Virus record (IMG/VR): IMGVR_UViG_3300032332_001463 | Location: 370 to 64,369 of that record | Length of the DNA: 64,000 bases | Reading direction: 5' to 3' (one strand) | DNA from: a virus | Shown here: positions 31,048 through 39,564 of the stretch, one piece after another | How the letters are laid out: the number at the start of each line of letters is the position of its first letter | Numbering within the stretch: the first letter of the stretch is position 1 | Program-made: the position numbers and the translations under genes | Notes under the pieces: model-generated | Seen by the model: only the letters and a program-made list of their open reading frames with translations | Databases searched by the model: none | What the model was told of the DNA's origin: nothing

Positions 31048-33521
31048 GGTGTATTCCCATTAATAGGGGTGGCAGGCACATTGGCCAACGAATCCTTTAG
31101 TTGTGCCACCATGGCCCTGCTGCCCGCTGTTGCATCTGCCGCAGCAACACTAGCGGTATATGTTTTACCGGGGTTGACTTCCCCGTCGCTGTCAGCTGAT
31201 TTTTGGTTGTCGGACATTACCCCGCTTGACGGCCCGTTGACTTTGCTGTACACAGGCGGAGCAAGTTGAACTGCTTTTGATTCTGGTATATCTGCCGGCG
31301 CCTCGGCCCTTACCGCGATTTCGCCGCCTGCCAAATTTGGACCTTCGGGATCTTCAAGATTATCAAATATGCGAATCAATTGCAGTGTTTGCGTAAATTG
31401 TCCCCCACGAAATTCGTTGTCCACTATCAGAATTTTATAAATCCCACTGAATGCTGCTGTGGTATATTTGGTGTCTGTGATCATAAACCCAGTTGATTGA
31501 TCAAAATCCACTGGAGTTTTAAAAGTCACTTTGGCATACCTATCTGTATTGTCAAACATGATACTGTTGTTGTCGTCCAGCACTCGTGACCGGTCAGAGC
31601 CGGTTGTGGTTACATTAAAGAAAATATCATCTTGCTTGATCAGCTCAGGATCTCCAATAATTTTTAAACTTATTGATATCATATCGCCATTCTGGCTGCT
31701 CAAACTGGACCTATAAAGATCATTGACCAGCATAGCCTTGGTATCAGGGTTATTGGCATTGGGTATGTCTGCTTGCCCGGCGACTAATTTTATTTGTTTG
31801 TTTTGAAAGAAGATACGATTGTTGCTGTTATTTTTGTTTATTGGTTTTTTCTTTTTCTTTTGTGGTTGTACTACCAATTGTGCAGCATTGCCGCGGTCCA
31901 CACTCACCGTGGTAAAAAATATCGCATCAAACGTAATGTCAAAATTAATTATACTGTCATTTTTTCCAGTATAGATATAATCGTATTGCTTGACAATTTC
32001 CTTGGGTTGTGACTGTCTGGCATGCGGAAATTTTGAATTATACATTGCAGTTGGATATACGTGATATGTGATTTTTTTGCTGTATACATCTCTTACCATG
32101 TCAAAATCTGAAATTTCCACAGTACTGGTAATCCTATACCAGTTGAGTGGATTGCTGGTATCGCTGGTTGGGTCAATTGGCGGATCTTCGTCCGGATCTG
32201 TGACTTGATCTCTTATATATTTGCTACTACGCATGACCAAATTAATAACCTCTACTAGATTGGTGCCGGCGGCAATACTAAAAGTAGATTCCTTAAAATC
32301 AATTCCCAGACCAGTGATACCTGCTTTGGCCCTGATGGCTTTCACTGGATCGATTAACTCGGTCCTGGAAGTTGGATTTTTTTTAGGATTTACTATTTCA
32401 GAATCCAATATATCGGGATGTATGTCAAATGCATAACTTTCTTCATGGTCTTGGTATTTGTTTTTTACCAGCTGCTTTTGATAGCTGTTCATTGCTGCTG
32501 TGTAACTACCCACCACGTATGGTGAATCTTTAACTGCTTTGCTGACTGCGGCATTGGTTTTGGCCAATGCCGCAACCCGGGTAGCATCGGGCTTTGTTTT
32601 TTTATTTTCTTCGCTGATTTCTTTTTTGGTAGCTTCTTCCCGCTCGGCCAGCTCTTTGTTTACTCCCGTTATGCCCGCAGCTTCACCCGCCGATCCGCTT
32701 GCATCAAAAAATTCCTTTATGGTTTTTGCGCTGACTTCAAAATTTGCAGGTGTGCTGGCATTGCCTTCATCAAATGCACTTTGGTTAAATGGCACTGCAT
32801 GAATGTCATATTCGGCCCCTTTGCTGGTAACTTTTACTTTGCAATTGATTAATTTAATGGGTATGTATTTGGTTTGTCCAACAATTGGCGACAGCGGTTT
32901 ACCTGCGTCGTCATTGCCAACAAAATCTATCTGTATCATATAGGGTATTTGTGACCAACTGTGTGCTCTACACCGAGCAGCTGCCAACCAAAGACGATCT
33001 AAGAATGTGACTCCATAGGGCTCTATCAGGGTAAAATGCAATTCAATTGCATTGCTGTTTTTAGAAGCATTGTTCAATCCATTGACAGTCTTCATGGTCA
33101 AAGAATCAAAGTAGAAATCTTCATTGAAGTAGGGATTTCTATTATAGGTGCCGGCATTGCGTTTGCCACCGCTGGCTACCAATACCAGCCCTATGTTGTT
33201 TGCTGGATTTGGGTTTGTTTTGGCATTTGTAGAAGACCTAGGATCAGTTGATGAATCCATCCTACCAGTGCTGTCCCATCCCGACGAATCGGGTGCGTTC
33301 ACGGTGGGGGAATACGGAGCCCCGTTCATGATCTCATTCCATTTTTCCGGGGGTACAATATGTAAACTCAGACTGTAAGTATAATCCGGATACTCAAACA
33401 GTGGGTTGGGTCTCGCAGAATTATTGTCGACAATCTTGATTTTAGACAACTCCATCGAATGGTCTGCTGAGGATTGTTCGTTTGATTTCGCGGCTGATTT
33501 GATCGGCGTGGTGTCGGCCAT
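31044..33521 (-). CDS. putative baseplate hub protein (gp27-like position)
   Basis: Between gp53-like and gp5; FTLIEPYG, IIGDP, FSGIYKI...F.GGQFTQTLQLIR. Confidence 0.6.
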   Translation of the reverse strand: MADTTPIKSAAKSNEQSSADHSMELSKIKIVDNNSARPNPLFEYPDYTYSLSLHIVPPEKWNEIMNGAPYSPTVNAPDSSGWDSTGRMDSSTDPRSSTNAKTNPNPANNIGLVLVASGGKRNAGTYNRNPYFNEDFYFDSLTMKTVNGLNNASKNSNAIELHFTLIEPYGVTFLDRLWLAAARCRAHSWSQIPYMIQIDFVGNDDAGKPLSPIVGQTKYIPIKLINCKVKVTSKGAEYDIHAVPFNQSAFDEGNASTPANFEVSAKTIKEFFDASGSAGEAAGITGVNKELAEREEATKKEISEENKKTKPDATRVAALAKTNAAVSKAVKDSPYVVGSYTAAMNSYQKQLVKNKYQDHEESYAFDIHPDILDSEIVNPKKNPTSRTELIDPVKAIRAKAGITGLGIDFKESTFSIAAGTNLVEVINLVMRSSKYIRDQVTDPDEDPPIDPTSDTSNPLNWYRITSTVEISDFDMVRDVYSKKITYHVYPTAMYNSKFPHARQSQPKEIVKQYDYIYTGKNDSIINFDITFDAIFFTTVSVDRGNAAQLVVQPQKKKKKPINKNNSNNRIFFQNKQIKLVAGQADIPNANNPDTKAMLVNDLYRSSLSSQNGDMISISLKIIGDPELIKQDDIFFNVTTTGSDRSRVLDDNNSIMFDNTDRYAKVTFKTPVDFDQSTGFMITDTKYTTAAFSGIYKILIVDNEFRGGQFTQTLQLIRIFDNLEDPEGPNLAGGEIAVRAEAPADIPESKAVQLAPPVYSKVNGPSSGVMSDNQKSADSDGEVNPGKTYTASVAAADATAGSRAMVAQLKDSLANVPATPINGNTP

Positions 33522-33536
33522 GTGTTTTCTCGATGT

Positions 33537-33836
33537 TTAAAGGCCCAGGGCCGATATTATTGTGCTTTTTGTGGGCAGGAAGATGCTGGTTCCTGTGGTA
33601 AAATCAAACAAGGGATCTACCAGTACATTGGGATTACGGCTGGCAAACACCCACCACAGTGTGGCATCGTTATATAAATCGTATGCCAGCAGTTGTGGTT
33701 TATATTGGTATATGGAATCAATTACATAGGTAACGTCGCTGGTATTCTTTGGTATGGGCCTGGGTACCATGACATCCAAGAATCGTCCAAATTGCTGTGT
33801 GTTGTAGTAAGGACTGGTTTTTGAGAATGTGGGCAT
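33537..33836 (-). CDS. gp53: baseplate wedge subunit (gp53-like, LysM-like)
   Basis: YQYKPQLLAYDLYNDATLWWVFA.RN. Confidence 0.75.
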   Translation of the reverse strand: MPTFSKTSPYYNTQQFGRFLDVMVPRPIPKNTSDVTYVIDSIYQYKPQLLAYDLYNDATLWWVFASRNPNVLVDPLFDFTTGTSIFLPTKSTIISALGL

Positions 33837-34633
33837 TAGATAAATCCTTTATCCAACAGTTTGCCTTTGGCAAAGTTCTCAAGGTCAAATCCACTGACTG
33901 TTCTACGACTGTAGACTGGTTGTAGTGTTATCTGTATTTGGCTTGATGTAGGCAAACGTGTGGTTCCCTGTGTGGTGTTTGCTGTGCTGCCTTTGCCTGA
34001 GCTGTCGGCACTGGGTCCTGTGATACCTGGTATCTGTACATAATCCACATCAGCGCCCATGGTATGGGAGAATGCAGTACACACACAGGGTATGTGCGGA
34101 AGATAGTACTTGCCATATCCATCTAGAAACAGCAGGGGCGGAGGGTTGCCCATGTGTGTGCTGGCTCCATAGAACATCTTTGTGGCAGCCCTAAAGAAAT
34201 AAATACATGCTAACAAGTAGTACCCATCATCTACACTTTGCACAGTGAAATCACCAGTTATCGATATTCCGGCAACTTCGCTGCTGTCATAAAAATGCGA
34301 TGCATAGTTGCTGTGTGTGAGTTTTTGTGAGGAGTACCCAGCACTGAAGCTGGTGGTGATGCTGGGAGTATACGGGAATATCACCCCATTTGTTTCCCGC
34401 AATGGATCTAAGACACCGCCCGAATTTTGATAAAGTATGCCAGCACTGGGACCTACACTGACTTTTACACGCCAATCATCTTGCTGTGTGATCCCACCGT
34501 CAAAGTTGACCCGGGTTTCTGTGGTGGTCATGGCCAGCTTTAAATTCAGAGTGGCATCTTCTGTGATCCGTGACACTTTGAGTCGTGCATCTCGAGCTGC
34601 ATCCCCCTGTGCTGAACTTGTGGAATCTGACAT
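33836..34633 (-). CDS. tail tube initiator / baseplate-tube junction protein (gp48/gp54-like)
   Basis: GVIFPYTPSI, HSNY, PPPLLFLDGYG, VDYV; first gene of the baseplate block. Confidence 0.55.
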   Translation of the reverse strand: MSDSTSSAQGDAARDARLKVSRITEDATLNLKLAMTTTETRVNFDGGITQQDDWRVKVSVGPSAGILYQNSGGVLDPLRETNGVIFPYTPSITTSFSAGYSSQKLTHSNYASHFYDSSEVAGISITGDFTVQSVDDGYYLLACIYFFRAATKMFYGASTHMGNPPPLLFLDGYGKYYLPHIPCVCTAFSHTMGADVDYVQIPGITGPSADSSGKGSTANTTQGTTRLPTSSQIQITLQPVYSRRTVSGFDLENFAKGKLLDKGFI

Positions 34634-34642
34634 AAAAACCTC

Positions 34643-34671
34643 TTGTGTTTAATATTTATTCAATGTAAAAT
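34643..34671 (+). promoter_or_regulatory. sigma70-type promoter candidate for gp55
   Basis: TTGTGT-17 nt-TAAAAT upstream of SD AAGGAG. Confidence 0.45.
34653..34660 (-). promoter_or_regulatory. T4-like late promoter (AATAAATA) for the baseplate block
   Basis: Match to TATAAATA-type consensus about 20 nt before ATG 34633. Confidence 0.65.
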
Positions 34672-34697
34672 GTACACATATTATAAGGAGAACTACC

Positions 34698-35573
34698 ATC
34701 AAACATAATTATCTCAACAACAAAGACATCCTAAAAGAGATCCACAAGAGCAAAAGTACCTATTGTGTATTCTTGCAACCAGTGGACGCCGATTACGATA
34801 TGATCCTACAGGATATTTCGGGTATTACTCCAGCAACCATACTGGAAGCTAGGCAATCAAGAAGCGAGCGCCTGGCCAAACTGGCACACGAAGCAGCAGT
34901 ACTGGCATCTGGAGAAAAACGCAGACTGGACGAGTTTGAGATTGATGTTGCTACTATTGCAGACACCGATGTGGTTTTTCGAGTCATGACCTGGGATCAT
35001 ATTCCTGTGGACGAAATCAAAAGCGCCAAGGCCCGGGCCAAATTGGACCTAGAGGACGAAGAAGAAGATATCGTGCGCACCGAGTACGACGAAGATGTCT
35101 TGGCCACTACCAAGTATACCAAATGCAATTTTCCCCCATTCCAACACTATAGACTGGACACCGTAGCCGGGCAACCACAATGCATTGGCAAGAGCCACTG
35201 GCGCGGCGACTTGATCACTGGCGAGTTCAGCAGGGACCATGGTACCATGACCAAGAAGCTGGCCTTGATGTTCATGAAGCTGTGTGAACGCTATGCCACA
35301 AGAAGTAACTGGAGAGGGTACACCTACAATGACGAGATGCGCAGCCAGGCGCTGTTACAACTGAGCCAGATTGGACTACAATTCGATGAGAGCAAATCCC
35401 AGAATCCTTTTGCGTACTATACTGCCGCTATCACTAATAGCTTTACTCGCGTCCTAAATATTGAAAAACGCAATCAGAACCTGCGCGACGATATTTTAGA
35501 AATGAATGGGATGAACCCCAGCTACTCAAGACAGATGATGAGCAGTGGCGGAGGTGGGGGCGGAGACGAGTAA
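34698..35573 (+). CDS. gp55: late transcription sigma factor (T4 gp55-like); probable ATC start
   Basis: NYLNNKDILKEI N-terminus, NWRGYTYNDEM, FDESKSQNPFAYYTAAITNSF.R.LNIEK; upstream of gp47/gp46. Confidence 0.85.
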   Translation: MKHNYLNNKDILKEIHKSKSTYCVFLQPVDADYDMILQDISGITPATILEARQSRSERLAKLAHEAAVLASGEKRRLDEFEIDVATIADTDVVFRVMTWDHIPVDEIKSAKARAKLDLEDEEEDIVRTEYDEDVLATTKYTKCNFPPFQHYRLDTVAGQPQCIGKSHWRGDLITGEFSRDHGTMTKKLALMFMKLCERYATRSNWRGYTYNDEMRSQALLQLSQIGLQFDESKSQNPFAYYTAAITNSFTRVLNIEKRNQNLRDDILEMNGMNPSYSRQMMSSGGGGGGDE

Positions 35574-35602
35574 ATTGCCCGTCGCTTCTAGCCACTGTTT
35601 TC

Positions 35603-35611
35603 TGCTATACT
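35603..35611 (+). promoter_or_regulatory. extended -10 promoter candidate (TGcTATACT) for gp47
   Basis: TGn+TATACT ending 7 nt before ATG 35619; no SD seen. Confidence 0.5.
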
Positions 35612-35618
35612 TGTATCA

Positions 35619-36635
35619 ATGACTAATCTATTTAAAAAAGCCGCGATATTCACGGACATACATTTTGGATTGAAATCCAACAGTCAAGTTCATAACGACG
35701 ACTGTTTGAATTTTGTCAAATGGGCCACTGCCCGGGCCAAGTTGGAGGGTTGTGAAACTGCCATGTTTCTTGGAGACTGGCACAACAATAGAGCCAGCAT
35801 CAATATTGTAACACTGAATTACAGCCTTAGGGCACTAGAGCACTTAAATGATAACTTTGATCGTGTTTATTTTATTCCCGGCAACCATGATCTGTATTAT
35901 CGCGATAAACGCGATATCCAATCAGTTGACTGGGCTCGTCACCTCCCGAACATTCAAATTGTTAACGATTGGTTTGCTAGTGGGGATGTGGTTATCGCTC
36001 CTTGGCTTGTTGGGGACGATCACAAGCGAATACCCCGACTATCAGCCAAGTACATGTTTGGGCACTTTGAACTGCCAGGATACCTGATGAACGCCATGGT
36101 GGCCATGCCAGACCATGGCGAAGTGCGCAGAGAACACTTCAACAACTTTGATCATGTGTTTACTGGGCACTTTCACAAGCGACAAACACAGAAAAATATC
36201 ACCTACATTGGCAACTGCTTTCCGCACAACTATGCCGATGCTGGTGACGACGATCGAGGACTTACAATTTTAGAATGGGGTAAAGACCCTGTGTATCATG
36301 CATGGCCTGATCAACCGCGCTATCGTGTGTTCAAGTTAAGTGATGTATTGAATCACACCGAAGCCATGCTGCTGCCAGGTATGCATTGTAGGGTCAACAT
36401 TGATATTGACATCAGCTACGAAGAAGCCACATTTATCAAAGAAACTTTTATTGACACTTATCGTCTTAGAGAGATCAGTTTGATTCCGCAGAAGGAAATT
36501 GATCTTGGCGAGAACATCATGCTGGGCAACATACAGTTTGAAAGTGTTGATCAGATTGTCACCAGCCAGATAACCAACATCACCAGCGACAAGTTCAACT
36601 CAAACCTGCTGCTGGATATCTATAGAAATCTATGA
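35619..36635 (+). CDS. gp47: recombination endonuclease subunit (gp47, Mre11/SbcD-like)
   Basis: DIHFG, GDWH, GNHD, GHFE, GHFH metallophosphoesterase motifs. Confidence 0.92.
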   Translation: MTNLFKKAAIFTDIHFGLKSNSQVHNDDCLNFVKWATARAKLEGCETAMFLGDWHNNRASINIVTLNYSLRALEHLNDNFDRVYFIPGNHDLYYRDKRDIQSVDWARHLPNIQIVNDWFASGDVVIAPWLVGDDHKRIPRLSAKYMFGHFELPGYLMNAMVAMPDHGEVRREHFNNFDHVFTGHFHKRQTQKNITYIGNCFPHNYADAGDDDRGLTILEWGKDPVYHAWPDQPRYRVFKLSDVLNHTEAMLLPGMHCRVNIDIDISYEEATFIKETFIDTYRLREISLIPQKEIDLGENIMLGNIQFESVDQIVTSQITNITSDKFNSNLLLDIYRNL

Positions 36636-38401
36636 TCCGTATCAAGAATTTGACTGTTAAAAATTTCATGAGCGTGGGCAATGTCACGCAGGCTGTGGAC
36701 TTTGACCGCAAGGATCTCACACTGGTACTAGGCGAAAACATTGACCTAGGCGGTGACGATACCGGCAGCAGGAACGGTACTGGCAAGACCACTATCATCA
36801 ATGCACTCAGCTATGCCCTGTATGGTGCTGCACTGACCAACATACGCAAAGACAACTTGATCAACAAAACCAACGGCAAGGGCATGATTGTCACTGTTGA
36901 GTTTGAAAAGGATGGTACCGAATATAGAATTGAGCGTGGTCGCAAGCCCAACACCATGGCCTTTTACGTGGGCAATGTTGAGCGTGAGATTACCGATGAG
37001 AGTCAGGGTGACAGTAGAGAAACGCAAGCAGACATCGAGCGCATGCTGGGCATGAGCTGGGATATGTTCCGGCATATCGTGGCCTTAAACACCTATACCG
37101 AGCCGTTTCTCAGCTTGAAAGCCAACGATCAACGCACTATCATTGAACAACTGCTGGGCATCACAGTACTGAGCGAAAAAGCCGAACGTCTTAAAGAACT
37201 GAATAAGGCCACCAAAGATGCCATACAACAAGAAGAATTCCGCATCAAGGCAGTGACAGATGCCAACAGTCGCATACAAGAGCAAATTGAAAGTTTCAAG
37301 CGCAGACAAGTGCTGTGGCAGAAAAAGCACGACAGCGACCTGGCCTACTTGCAAAAAGGCTACGATGAGTTGAGTCTAATAGATATCGAAGCCGAACTAG
37401 CAGCACACAAGGCCTTGACTGAATACAATCAGCGGGTCAAAGATATATCTGACCTAACCAAGGCCGTTAAACGTGCTGAACTGGACGAGGATCGCGAAGG
37501 CAAAGCAGTCGACCGACTCAAACGCGAGATTGCAGCACTAGAGAATCACCGATGTCATGCATGTGGGCAAGACTTGCACGACGACAATCACGAAGCTGCA
37601 CTGGCCAAGAAACAAAAAGAACTACAAGAAGCTGCACTACAGGTATTAGCCACCGGCAGTCAGTTAATGGAATTGCAAGATGCCTTGACTGAAGTAGGGT
37701 CAGTGGGTGTGCAGCCCCGAGTCTATTACAATCGCGAAAGCGATGCGTTCGAACATCGCAGCAGCATGGCCAATATATTGAGCCAGATTGCCAGCAAGAA
37801 CGCAGAAACAGATCCCTATGCAGAACAGATAGAAGAAATGAGCACACAGGCCCTGGAGGCGGTGACTTACGACACCATTAACGAGTTGGGCAATGTTAAG
37901 GACCATCAAGAATTCCTATTGAAGCTGCTGACCAACAAAGACAGTTTCATACGTAAACGCATTATTGATCAGAATTTGAGTTACTTGAATGCCAGACTGG
38001 GGCAGTACTTGGATCGTATCGGCTTGCCACATGTGGTCAAGTTCAATAACGATCTCAGTGTGAGCATAACTGAATTAGGTAGGGAGTTGGACTTTGACAA
38101 CCTCAGCAGGGGCGAGCGCAATAGACTGATACTAAGTCTGTCGTGGGCGTTCCGTGATGTTTGGGAAAGTTTGTATCAACCTGTTAATCTTTTATTCATT
38201 GATGAGCTGGTAGATTCGGGTATGGATGCATCGGGCGTGGAAAACAGCCTAGCGATCCTAAAACGCATGAGCAGGGAAGCTCATAAGAGCATTTGGCTGG
38301 TTAGCCATAAAGACGAGTTAGCCGGGCGTGTTAACAACATCCTAACTGTGGTTAAAGAAAATGGGTTCACCACCTACAATACCGATGTTGAAACTGTATA
38401 A
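36632..38401 (+). CDS. gp46: recombination ATPase subunit (gp46, Rad50/SbcC-like)
   Basis: NGTGKTT Walker A, coiled coil with CHAC zinc hook, LSRGE signature, LLFIDE Walker B, VSH. Confidence 0.93.
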   Translation: MIRIKNLTVKNFMSVGNVTQAVDFDRKDLTLVLGENIDLGGDDTGSRNGTGKTTIINALSYALYGAALTNIRKDNLINKTNGKGMIVTVEFEKDGTEYRIERGRKPNTMAFYVGNVEREITDESQGDSRETQADIERMLGMSWDMFRHIVALNTYTEPFLSLKANDQRTIIEQLLGITVLSEKAERLKELNKATKDAIQQEEFRIKAVTDANSRIQEQIESFKRRQVLWQKKHDSDLAYLQKGYDELSLIDIEAELAAHKALTEYNQRVKDISDLTKAVKRAELDEDREGKAVDRLKREIAALENHRCHACGQDLHDDNHEAALAKKQKELQEAALQVLATGSQLMELQDALTEVGSVGVQPRVYYNRESDAFEHRSSMANILSQIASKNAETDPYAEQIEEMSTQALEAVTYDTINELGNVKDHQEFLLKLLTNKDSFIRKRIIDQNLSYLNARLGQYLDRIGLPHVVKFNNDLSVSITELGRELDFDNLSRGERNRLILSLSWAFRDVWESLYQPVNLLFIDELVDSGMDASGVENSLAILKRMSREAHKSIWLVSHKDELAGRVNNILTVVKENGFTTYNTDVETV

Positions 38402-38422
38402 ATTTAGCAGGTTAGACTGCAT

Positions 38423-38467
38423 GAGTCATAACTATAATACAGCCTCTTGCTGTATCAATTATGACTT
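38423..38467 (+). promoter_or_regulatory. hairpin sequestering the GIY-YIG start codon, overlapping a late-promoter-like ATAACTA
   Basis: AGTCATAA 38424-31 pairs with TTATGACT 38459-66 (contains the ATG); inner stem ACAGC/GCTGT. Confidence 0.6.
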
Positions 38468-38919
38468 GGTTCTATCAGAATATGCCCGTTGAACAATTAC
38501 CCGAAGACTGTGTGGGTTTTGTGTATCTTATCACAAACGCCGTCACAGATCGCAAGTACGTGGGCAAAAAGCTAGCTAAATTTGCCAAGACCACATATCG
38601 TGTGGTCAAGCAAAAGAACGGGATCAAGAAGAAAAAGAAGATACGCAGCAAGATCGACAGTGACTGGCAAGAATACTACGGCAGCAACGACGAGTTGCGG
38701 CGGGATGTAGAACTGCTAGGGGCAGACAAGTTCCAGAGAGAGATCTTGTACTACTGCTCATCAAAAGCCCTGTGCTCTTACATTGAAGCACGTGAACAAT
38801 TTGACCGCAAGGTCTTAGAGTCACAAAATTACTATAACGGACAAATTAGCGTCCGTGTGCATGGCTCACACATAATAAACAGAATCAATCTCCCACAGAC
38901 ACAAAGTCCAACAAGTTAA
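38461..38919 (+). CDS. GIY-YIG family endonuclease (Seg/EndoII-like, small)
   Basis: GFVYLITN...RKYVGKK, SDWQEYYGS, FQREIL, E..EQ, YYN. Confidence 0.85.
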   Translation: MTWFYQNMPVEQLPEDCVGFVYLITNAVTDRKYVGKKLAKFAKTTYRVVKQKNGIKKKKKIRSKIDSDWQEYYGSNDELRRDVELLGADKFQREILYYCSSKALCSYIEAREQFDRKVLESQNYYNGQISVRVHGSHIINRINLPQTQSPTS

Positions 38920-38940
38920 TACATCATAGGCGCTGTGCAT

Positions 38941-39250
38941 GGCTAGGTCATGCTCCATTGAGGAACGGTGAGATACCCGGTCCGGATCTTGGATGCCAAA
39001 GAAAATTACTAACTTAAGGTAATAAATGATTGAGGCCATGCGAAAAAGATGCAACCTCAGCCTATAGGATTTGGGTCTATTCCGGATCACTAGGGTTCCG
39101 TTGATATGTGAAGCTTGAGTAGGGGGTACCGGTCAACCGCCTCCGCGCCGCAAGGCAATCTCATTAGAATAGATGACTGGGCTACTCGGATGATGCCTTT
39201 TCAATTCACCGTGCATACGGTGAATTATGACCAGTTAATCTGGATGATAC
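38941..39250 (+). ncRNA. candidate large structured non-coding RNA (family not identified)
   Basis: No credible ORF; at least 10 hand-identified helices with G-U pairs on the + strand, a GCAA tetraloop and two crossing long-range pairings. Confidence 0.65.
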
Positions 39251-39275
39251 TAATCCATTAAAGATAAAGAAAACA

Positions 39276-39317
39276 GTTGTGAGCGATAGCGAAACAACAG
39301 ACTTCTGTAAGAAGTCT
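39276..39317. other. twin hairpins at the convergence of + and - transcription units
   Basis: GTTGT-GAGCGATAGCGAA-ACAAC and AGACTTC-TGTAA-GAAGTCT. Confidence 0.5.
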
Positions 39318-39345
39318 TATACAGATACACATTAAATGCAATGGA

Positions 39346-39564
39346 TCAGAAGAAAGGAAGACCGCTTTTCTTTGTGGTATCCATGTTGTCATCGATGATC
39401 TTGGATATCATTTCTCTTTCGCTATTGCTTAGATACATGGTTTCTTCGTAAGAGAGTCCGCCGCGCATGTACCATGCCATCCTGAGTGAGTCTCGTTTTA
39501 GGGCTTTTGATTCTTTATCATAGCCTTCGACCAGGGCCATGATCTCCTCATTGGATAAAGTCAA
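39346..39564 (-). CDS. baseplate hub assembly protein (gp51-like)
   Basis: WYMRGGLSYEE.M.LS..ERE.I; directly downstream of gp26-like gene. Confidence 0.6.
   Translation of the reverse strand: MTLSNEEIMALVEGYDKESKALKRDSLRMAWYMRGGLSYEETMYLSNSEREMISKIIDDNMDTTKKSGLPFF

Noticed and set aside
38866-39090. 74-aa minus-strand ORF across the candidate RNA
   Set aside because: No SD or recognisable motif, overlaps the nuclease antisense, and composition looks non-coding
38920-39345. Group I/II intron, hammerhead, tRNA or tmRNA identity for the structured region
   Set aside because: No recognisable P7/domain V, CUGAUGA-GAAA core, cloverleaf or tag ORF; it does not interrupt a gene
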